From positions 32,001 through 96,000 of the IMG/VR virus record IMGVR_UViG_3300036770_005816: a stretch of DNA of 64,000 nt, one strand, 5' to 3'. Shown here piece by piece: positions 48,803 to 58,872 of this stretch (the stretch's first letter is position 1; every line of letters begins with the position of its first letter). The notes under the pieces are model-generated. The model did not search any database. It had not been told where the DNA came from and saw only the letters and a program-made list of their open reading frames with translations. This DNA is from a virus. Position numbers and translations under genes: made by a program.

Positions 48803-49513
48803 TCAGGGGTGTAACACGGAAACAACCTGCTTCCGTTCTTTTCTCCGATGATTGAGATTCTGAACCACAACACCGCAACCGAGTTCCCGCCACGAGCGAT
48901 ACCAACCCCGTTTCGTTTTGTAACTCAGATTCGTCGGGTCGGAGAAGTATGCGAGCACACCCCAATCAAACTCCGAGACACGCAGTTCATGACCCTGTGT
49001 GTAATACGACAACGCCCGACTCCGCAAAGAGTCCCGCTCCTGAGACATACCGAAATCCGACAAAGGGAACAATTTCAAGTCCGACATCGGGACTATCAGA
49101 TTTGACGGAACATGTATGTTTTTTGCGGGTCGTGCGAACTGCTCGGAAGTCAAGTCCAAGATGAAGTTGTCGGTCTCCACAAGAAGGTGTCCGCTCCAAC
49201 CGCCGAAGTCTTGGGAGAAACGGGTAACCGCCACATTCCAAGCATCATCGGGAAGGTCGTTCGCGTTCGTTCCGAACATTTCGAACCCTTTGGTGTTGAA
49301 AGAAATTGCGCCGACGGGTCGAAGTCGGTGCGGAACTTTTTGGTTTTCAAGGATTCTGCGTGCGAAGTTGCCCGCAAGAACACAAGAGTTACCCCCGTTC
49401 CCGAGAGTCCCGATGCGTCCCGCCTCGATGTCTCGCCAACCGTCAACGATTGCGTCGAGAATGAACTTCTCTTCGTCGATGGTTATTTGTTTATTTGGTT
49501 TTATCGTTTTCAT
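48803..49513 (-). CDS. Hypothetical protein with C...H...D triad pattern (possible papain/transglutaminase-like)
   Basis: NSCVLA...WSGHLLV...ILDLTSEQF. Confidence 0.45.
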   Translation of the reverse strand: MKTIKPNKQITIDEEKFILDAIVDGWRDIEAGRIGTLGNGGNSCVLAGNFARRILENQKVPHRLRPVGAISFNTKGFEMFGTNANDLPDDAWNVAVTRFSQDFGGWSGHLLVETDNFILDLTSEQFARPAKNIHVPSNLIVPMSDLKLFPLSDFGMSQERDSLRSRALSYYTQGHELRVSEFDWGVLAYFSDPTNLSYKTKRGWYRSWRELGCGVVVQNLNHRRKERKQVVSVLHP

Positions 49514-49689
49514 TTTCGTTACTCCATTTGTCGGAAAGGTTTTTTACGGCAAGGCTGAACATGAGCGACATCAAAACCAAAATCGCTAGTCCCATAACTG
49601 CTTCATACATAATAAAAAAGGTTACTGATTTGATGTCTGCTTGTCAAGGGGGGTGGCAAACAATGAACGGGACTGTTAGCCTGACCCGC

Positions 49690-49992
49690 ATGGAAAACGA
49701 ACCACTCGCCGACGAAAAAACTTATGTAGTCACATGGAAAACCGTCGTAACCCTGAACCCGACAAGCGACCAAGAACTTGACGAAAGTTGGGCTGTCCTT
49801 ACCGCCCGAAACACGATGCGAGACCTTGTCGCCGACCCGGAACACCCGGACAACTGGTTCGAAGTCGAGTCAATCGGGAACAGTCCCGCGACCCGAACAT
49901 ATGTTCGCCTAACGGACGCGATTGACAACTACGGGACTGATAACTTCGCTGCCCGCATGGAAGCGAAGTATGGAATAACCGACCCGAAGTAA
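49690..49992 (+). CDS. Hypothetical protein
   Basis: Distal part of 49495..49992 frame; start uncertain. Confidence 0.45.
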   Translation: MENEPLADEKTYVVTWKTVVTLNPTSDQELDESWAVLTARNTMRDLVADPEHPDNWFEVESIGNSPATRTYVRLTDAIDNYGTDNFAARMEAKYGITDPK

Positions 49993-50005
49993 GCCGCGGT
50001 TTCCT

Positions 50006-50020
50006 GACGGTGGCGGAAAG
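50006..50020 (+). repeat. GACGGTGGCGGAAAG boundary element, copy 1 of 5
   Basis: Also at 53391, 55698 (one mismatch), 57696, 60487, same orientation. Confidence 0.85.
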
Positions 50021-50180
50021 CCGGGCGGGGAGCCGCCCTTGTGCGGGTCGGGCTGTGCCTGAATCACGGGTTTCGTGATGTGATGGCGGTTCGCTACCCA
50101 TCGCACACTTCGTAACACCCCGTGCGTAATCTCGGTATCACCTACTAGCCCACCTTCGGGTGGAGAAAGCGAGATACCCA

Positions 50181-50669
50181 ATGTCCACCGCCACCCTTCC
50201 ACCGCTCACGCGCACCGAGCGCGTTGTTGCGTGGCTCCGCGATAACGCGGGCGACAACAACTTCCTGCGTTCCGTTCTTGCGAATTACGACCGTTGGGGT
50301 CGTCTGTCCGACAAGCAACTTGACGCGGTTGAGCGCAACATGAACCGACCCGCGCGCGTTGCGAACCCGAACCCCGTCACCGAAGTCGGCATGTACCGCG
50401 ATGACGCGGGTGTCGTGTTTCGCGTGAAGTTGTCCAAGCAGGGCAGGCTGTACGCGATGCGTTTCGTTCCCGAAGCGCAGGTCAAGTCCGAGCGTTTCGT
50501 CTACGCGGGTGGTGCGGTTCGCGCACTTCGCGCGGATAACCGCATGAGCGTCGCGCAGGCGCAGGCACTTGGCGTTCAGTTCGGCATCTGCTGTGTCTGT
50601 GGCGCGGAACTCACCGCGAGCGAGTCCGTCGCTAACGGCATCGGACCGGTGTGCGCTAAGCGCGTCTGA
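50181..50669 (+). CDS. DUF6011-like Zn-finger protein
   Basis: GRLSDKQ...CCVCGAELTASESVANGIGPVCA; own promoter/leader at 50103-50180 and terminator at ~50683-50732. Confidence 0.75.
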   Translation: MSTATLPPLTRTERVVAWLRDNAGDNNFLRSVLANYDRWGRLSDKQLDAVERNMNRPARVANPNPVTEVGMYRDDAGVVFRVKLSKQGRLYAMRFVPEAQVKSERFVYAGGAVRALRADNRMSVAQAQALGVQFGICCVCGAELTASESVANGIGPVCAKRV

Positions 50670-50763
50670 CGCGCTAGGCGGGTTTCCCCCGTCTCCGTAC
50701 CTTCGGGTGCGGGGGCGGGGGTTTCGTCGTTTCTAGGGGCTTCTCCGCGCGTCTAGCAGGGTT

Positions 50764-51390
50764 CTACGGGGTCACCTTCTTGGTGCGCTTGCATAGGTGC
50801 GCCCACTTCTCCCCGTAGGTACACGGGTTCCACGGGTTCCAACCCGAATAATCGTAAAGCAGTTTCCCTGCCCGCAGGTTCGTGAGCGGGTCAAGTAACG
50901 GTTCCTGTTCGCAGATACCCATGTCTAGACAGATACGCGCCCACTTGTTGCGTTTCAGGTCGTAGTTCACCCCGTTGATTTGGAGTAGACCCGTATCCGA
51001 GCGGTGATTCCACTCGCGTACCCGCAGGATTTCGCAGGTTTCGCTAGGGACATCGCCACCACGCAGGTTCGGACACCCGCCCGACTCCCGCAGGATTATC
51101 GCCCGCAAGGTCGGGAGATGCTCAGGTAGCCACCCCGCTTCGAGCGCCAGGTCGTCGAGCCAGTCCACCTGCCCATGCCTAAACACAATGGGGGCGGGGG
51201 CGGCGGGGAGTCCCGTCTCCGTCGCCACCCTGTCGGGTGCTGGCGGGACTACGAAATCGGGTCTAGTTTCCGAGATAATTACTTGTGTTTCTGGTTTTGC
51301 GACGTTTTCTGGTGCCGGGTCAATCCGGGAGACCACCCCGAATACTGCGCCATAGAAAATAGTTATCGCTGTTCCTACTTTGAGTAACAA
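50764..51390 (-). CDS. Membrane-anchored lytic transglycosylase-like (SLT/lysozyme fold) protein
   Basis: RESGG...SDTGLLQIN...DPLTNLRAG...GWNPW; N-terminal hydrophobic segment. Confidence 0.75.
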   Translation of the reverse strand: MLLKVGTAITIFYGAVFGVVSRIDPAPENVAKPETQVIISETRPDFVVPPAPDRVATETGLPAAPAPIVFRHGQVDWLDDLALEAGWLPEHLPTLRAIILRESGGCPNLRGGDVPSETCEILRVREWNHRSDTGLLQINGVNYDLKRNKWARICLDMGICEQEPLLDPLTNLRAGKLLYDYSGWNPWNPCTYGEKWAHLCKRTKKVTP

Positions 51391-52215
51391 AATTGTTTCC
51401 TTTGTTCGGTTGATGTGATGTGTATTCGTTTCCGGAGTCCGTTCTCCGTCTAATAATCTGATAACAAGTATACCTGTTGGGGGTTTTCGGGGTCAATAAG
51501 CAGCGCACGTGCAGCGCAGCAGCCAGATTTTTGATTTTTTTTCGCTTTTTGGGAGGTCCTGCGGGAGGTCCTGTTGGGCTGCCCGCGTCGCCTGCTGTCT
51601 AGTCCCGCAAATGGCTTGGTTGTTGGGTTTGGTGGGCGGGACTGTGGTGTGGTGGGGTGGGGGTTGGGTCGGGTTGTTATCGGGTCGGGTGGTGGTTGGG
51701 GAGAAGAACACTTCGGTTTTTTGGTGTGACGCGGTTCACATCAGGTTTCAGGTGCGAATAACCCCGCCCGTGTCGGTTCGGGCGGGGGTTCGGTCGGCTA
51801 CGGGTTCAGGGTGTCGCGTGGTGCGCGCACCACCAACACACTATGTCGTCGTGGCGGTCACTCCAAGTAGGCAGATAGTTGTCATGCCTCTCCGTCATTA
51901 CATCATCACAGATAGGACACTCGCGTCCTTCGTGCTCGTTGCTCATAGGTTATTTCCCCCCTTTCATCATGAAGTAGTTCGCTACCACTATGACCACGCC
52001 GTAGGTGACTAAGAATGTCGCTACATAGTTCACGGGTCATTCACCGCGCTCGGGTAGTGGTTGTATGTCCCATTTCGTGCAGTGTCCGTCGTAGCACGCT
52101 TCGCATACGACAGTGCCGTCGTACTCGTAGTCGCTTCCGTCGGGGAGTATCCCGATAGGTGCTAGCCACCACTTGTCCGTGACGGTTTCGCAGTACTCGC
52201 AGGTTCGTTCATCGT

Positions 52216-52545
52216 TCATCGCGCGCACCTCACATACTTCTCGCGGATAGCGATACTGTCGTGGTGACGCGCACGCGACGGTCGGTGTGTCTTTCTCTGC
52301 CATTGACGCTGAGTCATCGTGAGATACGCGAGACGGTGCTCACGCTTGGCACGGTAGATAGCGCGGAACATCTCCGAGTATCCTCGCGCCTTCGCGTCAC
52401 GCAACGCCATGACGGTTTTTGTGTCCTCTACGGGTACGCGGTATCCGCTCACCATTTCGTTGTAGATAGCCCACATAATTTTGTCGGTTTCCGTGCCTTC
52501 TTTGAGAAGGTTCGGCATACCCGATTGGGTTTCATACTTGCTCAT
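52216..52545 (-). CDS. Hypothetical protein
   Basis: Full promoter + CTACTAG-hairpin leader at 52546-52622. Confidence 0.65.
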   Translation of the reverse strand: MSKYETQSGMPNLLKEGTETDKIMWAIYNEMVSGYRVPVEDTKTVMALRDAKARGYSEMFRAIYRAKREHRLAYLTMTQRQWQRKTHRPSRARHHDSIAIREKYVRCAR

Positions 52546-52623
52546 TTCGGTATTCCTTTCCCCGCCCTTCGGCGGTCTAGTAGTTGCTGATTACATTACG
52601 CACGAATCGTCGTGAAGTGTGAT

Positions 52624-53025
52624 TCACCGCGACGGGTAGAACGGAATCTGCCCCAAGTAGAACCCGTTGTCGTCGTACTGAGATGAGAGAAACGCTCGGT
52701 GCTCGTTTTCTATCTTGCGTCGCTCGTCGTCCGCGCGAAGGTCATCTAGCCACATTTTGAGACCTTCACCGCTCGCGCCGTATTCCATTTCGCCGTAGAA
52801 CGGGTTCGGGTAGCCGACGATGTTGCCGACCCACTTGTCCGCGTCACGCGCCGATGTTTCTCCGCTGAATACGCGCTCGGTTGCCCAACCGTTATTTTCA
52901 CCGCCCGATACCGCGATGCGGATTCGGATTAGGTACGGGTTCACGGGTGCGCGCCATACGCTCACTTCGTATCCGAGTGAGAGTGCCTGCGATTTCTTTT
53001 CCCAAGTGATTCCTAAGAGACTCAT
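52624..53025 (-). CDS. Hypothetical protein
   Basis: CTACTAG-CCC-TTCG-GGG-GAAAGG leader places start at 53025. Confidence 0.65.
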   Translation of the reverse strand: MSLLGITWEKKSQALSLGYEVSVWRAPVNPYLIRIRIAVSGGENNGWATERVFSGETSARDADKWVGNIVGYPNPFYGEMEYGASGEGLKMWLDDLRADDERRKIENEHRAFLSSQYDDNGFYLGQIPFYPSR

Positions 53026-53246
53026 TCTGATTCCTTTCCCCCGAAGGGCTAGTAGTTGATTCCTACCCCCCACAATAACAAGGGGGTGTAATACGGTTAT
53101 CAGCGTATCGGGTCAGAACGGGTATCACGCGACAGGGGGTGTAACACGGTTTCACGACCACGCGATTTCGGATTCCCACTTTTTCGCAACGCCTTCACCC
53201 GCCCGCAAGAGACACGCGAACCGAAACCGCACGCAGGACACGGGCG

Positions 53247-53405
53247 AGTCCCGCCCGAAAGACAGAAGATTGGAGTCCCGCGCGCGTATTCATTGTCGCG
53301 GGACTAGCGACTGTCGAGAGCGGACGGGACTGTTGGGCGGTGGCGCGCTTGTTGGGTCGCGTTGCGTTTGTTGCGTTTGTTGCGTTTCCCGACGGTGGCG
53401 GAAAG
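53247..53405 (+). repeat. Boundary element: nested AGTCCCGC/GCGGGACT stems + GACGGTGGCGGAAAG
   Basis: AGTCCCGC at 53247, 53274; (G/A)CGGGACT at 53298, 53324; 15-mer at 53391. Confidence 0.8.
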
Positions 53406-53601
53406 CGGGGGAATCTTGACTCGTGCTGTCGGGTTTCGTGTGGCGGGTGAACGCTGAGAGTGTTCGTTCGGCTACTTGCTCGTACTCGTACCCTTAGTGT
53501 CACGAGTCACATCGCAGAATGTCACTACCGTACTACACCCGTGCGTAGTATGTATGTCATCAACTACTAGCCCGACGAGAGTCGGAGAAACGAGATACGA
53601 A

Positions 53602-54078
53602 ATGAGCAAGAAGAAGAAGGGCAAGGGCAAGAAGCGCGAGAAGAAGCCACTACGCGAATGGACTCAGAAAGACCATTTCCCTATCCAAGTGAACGGCAAG
53701 AAGTTTCGTTGGGACATCATCAACGACATCATCAACGAGCGAGTCGCTATCACCGTCTCGCCGATTCCACCGAACATTCGTGATTGGAAATGCGAAGATT
53801 GCGGAGCACCCAAGCGGTACATCACCGAGCGCGAAACACCGAGCGACCACGACGACTACAAGATTATCGGGTGCGTGTTCTGCTACAAGTTCATCACTAT
53901 CTATCTGAACGAGCGCAAGCACGGCAACACACCTATCCGTCCTGACCAAGTAGCGAAAGGAATCACGCGATACTACACACCGTGTTGCGGAGTCGAGATA
54001 AACCTGAGTCACAAGACGATTGAGCAAGTACGCGAAGCGTGTCGGCAAGATTGTAAGACGAGAAAGGTGGTGAAGTGA
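53602..54078 (+). CDS. Cys-rich hypothetical protein
   Basis: CEDC, CVFC, PCCG, CRQDC; promoter/leader at 53521-53601. Confidence 0.65.
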   Translation: MSKKKKGKGKKREKKPLREWTQKDHFPIQVNGKKFRWDIINDIINERVAITVSPIPPNIRDWKCEDCGAPKRYITERETPSDHDDYKIIGCVFCYKFITIYLNERKHGNTPIRPDQVAKGITRYYTPCCGVEINLSHKTIEQVREACRQDCKTRKVVK

Positions 54079-54300
54079 TGAAACGGAGAGAATGGAACGA
54101 CGCTGATAGGCAAGCGTTCGCAGACGGAGCGCGTACACGAGCGCAGACCCACGCGAACAAGAAGCGCGCGCGCAACAAGCGCGAGTGTCGGGAATACCGT
54201 TGGCGCGGAGCGGAGTAATCCGCGAAACGCCATAACACCCACACCGTAAAGTGTGGATTACACAACTAGCCCGACGCGAGTCGGAGAAAGAGATGAAGTA

Positions 54301-54588
54301 ATGAGCAACTATCCGAATGACCGAGAGCGTCCAACAATCGTGTTGGACAAGCGGTACGACGCGCGCACGAAATGGGTGACGCGCGAGTATGGCGAGTTCG
54401 TCGGCAAGACAATCAAGGAAATCCGACCGATGCGTAAATCCGAATCCGAAGCGTTCGGGTGGGATTACGAGAGCGAAGATGCGTTCGCAATCGTGTTCAC
54501 GGACGGAAGCGTTCTAATCCCGTCGCAAGACCCCGAAGGAAACGGAGCGGGTTGGCTATTCGTCGCAGATGCGGTGGTAGCGAAATGA
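54301..54588 (+). CDS. Hypothetical protein
   Basis: Leader hairpin at 54265-54290; PSQDPEGNGAG motif. Confidence 0.65.
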   Translation: MSNYPNDRERPTIVLDKRYDARTKWVTREYGEFVGKTIKEIRPMRKSESEAFGWDYESEDAFAIVFTDGSVLIPSQDPEGNGAGWLFVADAVVAK

Positions 54589-54800
54589 GCGAAATCACCG
54601 AAACGCGCATCGAGCATCGCTACACCGTCACATTCGTCGGAGCGTATTTCGTGCTATCCATTCACATCTTCGCAGAGAACGAAGAACAAGCGGTGGATAA
54701 CGCAGACGCGCTATTGGGCGACTACTACGGGTGGAATGTGAAAGATGTTTCGCAGGAAATCACCGTAGAGGACGAGGGAGATTCACGAACAACACCGTGA
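54585..54800 (+). CDS. Small acidic protein, paralog of 55171..55353
   Basis: VTFVGAYFV vs VIFVGDYFV. Confidence 0.6.
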   Translation: MSEITETRIEHRYTVTFVGAYFVLSIHIFAENEEQAVDNADALLGDYYGWNVKDVSQEITVEDEGDSRTTP

Positions 54801-54879
54801 GCGTCACGCTCACGCCTACATCGTGCGTAATACAAGCACAACACCAACACCGACGAGAGTCGGAGAAAGAGATAAAGAA

Positions 54880-55119
54880 ATGTTCACCATACCCAACACC
54901 GAGGATTTCCACCTAGAAGTAATGGAGCGTCGTGCGCGACTCGTCGGCAAGCGCGTCCGTTTGGATTACACGAGCGACCCATACACGAAACTCGTGCGCG
55001 GTGACGAAGGCATCGTGCGAAGCATAGATGTATTCGGCACGGTACACATCGCGTGGGACAACGGAAGCACACTCGGACTCATCGAGGACGCGGGCGACTC
55101 GTTCACAATCATCGGGTGA
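54880..55119 (+). CDS. DUF4314-like protein
   Basis: GKRVRL...DPY...GDEGIV..ID.FGTVHIAWDNGSTLGLI. Confidence 0.75.
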   Translation: MFTIPNTEDFHLEVMERRARLVGKRVRLDYTSDPYTKLVRGDEGIVRSIDVFGTVHIAWDNGSTLGLIEDAGDSFTIIG

Positions 55120-55170
55120 AATCCCGATGCCACTACCAACACCGACAAGCGTCGGAGAAAGAGAAACGAA

Positions 55171-55353
55171 ATGAGCAAGACCGAAACGAAAGCACCGAGA
55201 AAGAATGTCATCTTCGTAGGCGACTATTTCGTCACCGTGTTCACGGTGGAAGCGAGCGACGACGACACCGCGATAGCGCAAGCGGAGCAGATGTTCGCAG
55301 ACGAGTTCGGGAGCGACATCGGCTACAACGAGGTGACAGTAGAAGAAGCGTGA
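55171..55353 (+). CDS. Small acidic protein, paralog of 54585..54800
   Basis: Leader hairpin upstream; shared FVGxYFV motif. Confidence 0.6.
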   Translation: MSKTETKAPRKNVIFVGDYFVTVFTVEASDDDTAIAQAEQMFADEFGSDIGYNEVTVEEA

Positions 55354-55577
55354 TGTCACATCACGCCTACATCGTGCGTATCCATAGCACGACATCAACC
55401 ACGACAGAAAGGTAAATGAAATGAACGAACCAATCGGCAAGTGTCAAGAATGTGACCGCGAGTTTCATCTTCTCGACGAGGACGAAGCGAACGAGTATTG
55501 GTACGGACACGATTGCGAAGCGTCCTGACGAAATAGACAGAATGGAGCGAACCGAAAGGTTCGTTCTATTCGCGTCT

Positions 55578-55712
55578 AGTCCCGCGCGAAGACGCGCGAA
55601 TGCGGGACTGCCACCCCCGCGATGAAACAACGGGACTGTTTGTGTGGCGCGCGTTTGTTTGCTTTTGCCGACCGCGCGCGAGTGCGGGCGACCCATTGAC
55701 GGTGGCGGATAG
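55578..55712 (+). repeat. Boundary element copy
   Basis: AGTCCCGC 55578, GCGGGACT 55602, ACGGGACT 55630, GACGGTGGCGGATAG 55698. Confidence 0.8.
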
Positions 55713-55770
55713 CCGTGCGCAGCGCGATGCGGGCGCACCCGTTAGGGATACGCCCGCAAGTGTCGCGGTG

Positions 55771-56094
55771 TCAGTTCGCTGACTTATCCACGAAGTATTC
55801 GGGGTAATGGTTCTCGACCTGCCCGTCGCTATCGGGGTTAGCGACTTCGTACGCGTTCAGGTAAAGAGTGCCGTCCTTGACACCTTCGCCTTCGTTGCCG
55901 TCGCTGTCTACCGTGTGGTAGGTCTCTTCGCGAAGGTCTACGACGATTACTTCGTCGTGTACGCGGTTGCCGTCTGCGTCCTTCTTCGCGATAGCGATGA
56001 CGACCATCGCGCCTTCGCGCACCGCGCCTTCGTCGATGACTGCGCGGACTACGGTCTTACCGCACTCCATTTCCTTGATGCTTGTGACTGTCAT
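55771..56094 (-). CDS. Hypothetical protein
   Basis: Own promoter/leader at 56095-56166. Confidence 0.65.
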   Translation of the reverse strand: MTVTSIKEMECGKTVVRAVIDEGAVREGAMVVIAIAKKDADGNRVHDEVIVVDLREETYHTVDSDGNEGEGVKDGTLYLNAYEVANPDSDGQVENHYPEYFVDKSAN

Positions 56095-56210
56095 TTCGGT
56101 ATTCCCTTCTCCCCGTGTGGGGGTTGTTGTTGTTGTTAGTTACGCACGATGTGTTCGGTGGTGTGATGTGACGGGTGCGCGCCCCACCTTGACGCGCACC
56201 CGTCGTTAGT

Positions 56211-56513
56211 TCACTTGTTGTTCGGTCGTCTGCCGATAGCACCGCGCACTTCGCGCACCTTCGGGGTGCTCGGTGTGTTGAGCAACCACTCGCCTGCCGT
56301 TCGGTACGCGTTCAGGTATCCGCCGTCCACGATGCCACTCGTGAGTCGGATTAGTCCGTTGACATACTCCGCTTCGGTGACATCTAGGTCTTCGAACTCG
56401 ACGCTACCGCTCAGGTAGTCACTCCACGCGTTGACGATGATGTCACGCCCGTAAAGTTCTCCGATGCCGATGTAGTTGTCTGCGATGACTTCATCTAGTG
56501 AGAAGTCTCTCAT
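56211..56513 (-). CDS. Hypothetical protein
   Basis: Own promoter/leader at 56514-56584 fixes start at 56513. Confidence 0.65.
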   Translation of the reverse strand: MRDFSLDEVIADNYIGIGELYGRDIIVNAWSDYLSGSVEFEDLDVTEAEYVNGLIRLTSGIVDGGYLNAYRTAGEWLLNTPSTPKVREVRGAIGRRPNNK

Positions 56514-56601
56514 GTGTTGTCTCCTTCTCCCCGTTCGGGGTGTTGTTGTTGATAGTGATACGCACGGAACACCATCAAGTGTGATGCTCCGTGCGCGTGG
56601 T

Positions 56602-56982
56602 TCACTTGCTTGCGTGTTGCTCGGTGAGCGCGTGCCACCTTGCGTACCGCTCGTCTGAGTTGAGTAGCGCGAGCGTCTCCGCTTCGTATGCGAGCAACGC
56701 CTTCGGGGAGTATCGCGCGACCTGACGGGTCGGGAGATACTCGTACACCGCTTCTTCGCCGAATAGCGCGAACTCGGTGACTTCGTAGCCACCGCCGTCG
56801 CGATAGACGGACTCACGAAGAACCGCCATGAATCGCTTGCGGTCTGCGTCGTGGTGAATGTCGAGCGTCACCTGCTTGCGGTTGCCGTCCGCGTCGGGTT
56901 GCGCTTCGGGGTTGCGCCAACGGTAGACGACTTCGCGCTTGCCAAGTCGCTCCCTTCGCTCCGAGCCGATGATGATAGTCAT
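56602..56982 (-). CDS. Hypothetical protein
   Basis: Own promoter/leader at 56983-57058. Confidence 0.65.
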   Translation of the reverse strand: MTIIIGSERRERLGKREVVYRWRNPEAQPDADGNRKQVTLDIHHDADRKRFMAVLRESVYRDGGGYEVTEFALFGEEAVYEYLPTRQVARYSPKALLAYEAETLALLNSDERYARWHALTEQHASK

Positions 56983-57082
56983 TTCTTATTCCCTTCTCCG
57001 ACTTGTGTCGGGCTAGTAGTTGGTTATTACATTACGCACGGGGTGTAGCAGGGTGTGACATCGCACCCTGCCCACCTTCGGT

Positions 57083-57400
57083 TCATTCGTGCCACGCTCC
57101 GCACTCAGGACAACCGCCGACCGCGTACGGGTTGTCGCACTCGTAGCACGCTTGCGCTCCGCGTTCGTCGTCCGAATCTTCGTCGGATTCGTCACCGAGT
57201 CCGTCGACATTCACCCATGCGAGCACGGTGCGAAGTAGGTTGTCGTAATCTCCGCTTGTCGCTTCTGCCCTGAACGCATCGACTTCGGATTCGCTGATTC
57301 CTGCGCGACTCATCGCACGGGTGACGCGACCGAGAATCGAGAACGCGTTGCCGTCTTCGCCAACGAGTTGCACATTCACTTCGGGATACTTCGGATTCAT
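57083..57400 (-). CDS. Conserved phage protein (LVGEDGNAF...SGDYDNLL family) with C-terminal CxxC/CxxC
   Basis: Motif recognition; own promoter/leader at 57401-57477. Confidence 0.7.
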   Translation of the reverse strand: MNPKYPEVNVQLVGEDGNAFSILGRVTRAMSRAGISESEVDAFRAEATSGDYDNLLRTVLAWVNVDGLGDESDEDSDDERGAQACYECDNPYAVGGCPECGAWHE

Positions 57401-57522
57401 TACCTATCTCCTTCTCCGACTGTCGTCGGTTCTAGTAGTTGATACACATAGTACGCACGGGGTGTTACATAGTGTGACATCGCGTGTGATGCGACCTGCG
57501 TCACATTGGGTACACGGGTGCT

Positions 57523-57592
57523 CGACCGAGCGACCGACCGACCGAGCGGGCGACCGAGCGGGCGACCGACCGAGCGACCGACCGAGCGAGCA
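57523..57592. repeat. Low-complexity GACC/GAGC/GGGC 4-mer tandem repeat
   Basis: cgaccgagcgaccgaccgaccgagcgggcgaccgagcgggcgaccgaccgagcgaccgaccgagcgagc. Confidence 0.8.
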
Positions 57593-57617
57593 GACGCACG
57601 CGCGCGCACGCGCGGGG

Positions 57618-57710
57618 AGTCCCGCGATGGTTTCGCGGGCGCGGGACTGTGCGTGTGGGGCGCACCCAAAGATGTGAGAGATGAACAAGTTTCCCGACGG
57701 TGGCGGAAAG
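57618..57710 (+). repeat. Boundary element copy
   Basis: AGTCCCGC 57618, GCGGGACTGT 57641, 15-mer 57696. Confidence 0.8.
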
Positions 57711-57921
57711 CCGGTAGCCGGCGCAGCGTGATGTTCGGAAAGTTTGATTTCTGTGTGACCCCGATGTACACACGGCGTGTACTCAGATGTGACGACTGTC
57801 TCTTGACTTGCCGTGTCTATTACCCTATTATGTAAGTAGCAGGTGAGACAACCATGTCACACCCCGCTCGTATTGTGCGTAATAGAAGTATCAACCACCG
57901 AGCCACTACTAGGAGAAACAA

Positions 57922-58341
57922 ATGGATACAACCGAAACAAACAACGAAGTCGCAGAAGCGACACGCATCTTGGCGGAAGCGATTAGCGAGTACGGCAGAC
58001 CCGTCTACATCGTCAAAGTTCCTTCCCGTATTCAGCATCTCGTTCCGTTGGCAGTACGCAAAGAACTTCTCGCTAACTCCAAACTCAGCGAAGGTTGGGT
58101 ACGCGACAACGACGGTTGCTACTACAAAGGTCGACCCGACAACAAGAGCATTATTCTCGCATGGGCGAAAGAGAACCTTTACCAACAAGTCACAACGAAA
58201 GACATCGCAGAAGCGACAGGCGTACCGATACACACCGTACGCACGGTCGTTGGCGACCGACCTGACATCTTCCGCGAGAGCGACGGGTGGACATACGAAG
58301 TCCGCGACCCGCAGGCAGACCGAAAGGCGGAGAAGAAATGA
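57922..58341 (+). CDS. HTH-containing hypothetical protein
   Basis: VTTKDIAEATGVPIHTVRTV; promoter at 57857-57885. Confidence 0.65.
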   Translation: MDTTETNNEVAEATRILAEAISEYGRPVYIVKVPSRIQHLVPLAVRKELLANSKLSEGWVRDNDGCYYKGRPDNKSIILAWAKENLYQQVTTKDIAEATGVPIHTVRTVVGDRPDIFRESDGWTYEVRDPQADRKAEKK

Positions 58342-58572
58342 GCAACACCAAACACGCTTGGGAGTTGGATTATGTCCACTCCGTATTTCAGGAGTTAGAA
58401 GCGCAAGGGGTAGCACTACCGATAGGTGACTACGGCATCGTCTACCGATACATAGAGGACGCTCGCGAAGTGTTCCTATCGGAAGAAGACACCGCGTCAC
58501 ACCCCTGAGTTATCGTGCGTAGTAATAACAACACCTACTAGCCCGACCGAGAGGTCGGAGAAAGAGCAAATA

Positions 58573-58872
58573 ATGAACAGCATAGACAAATGGGAACAAG
58601 CGTTCCTGTTCTACAACTTGGAGGACAACACTTGGGTCGCGTACGAAACGCTACCCCCGAACCACTCGCTCACCGCAGGTGAGGAGGAGAACACCCATGC
58701 GTTCGTGGACATCTCCCATTGGACACAAGCAGACCTTGACGAGTTTGACAAGTCCGAGGAGTTGGAACGACTCACGATTATTGAGTCGTTGGAGTTCACC
58801 GAGTTCAGCAAGCAGATGCGTGAGCATGGCTCAGGCGCAGGCATCGTGTTCGGTATGGGGGGTAGCAAGTGA
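58573..58872 (+). CDS. Hypothetical protein
   Basis: Promoter/leader at 58497-58572. Confidence 0.65.
   Translation: MNSIDKWEQAFLFYNLEDNTWVAYETLPPNHSLTAGEEENTHAFVDISHWTQADLDEFDKSEELERLTIIESLEFTEFSKQMREHGSGAGIVFGMGGSK

Noticed and set aside
57400-57835. ORFs with RSVG/RPSG repeats
   Set aside because: Translations of the 4-mer microsatellite in an intergenic regulatory region
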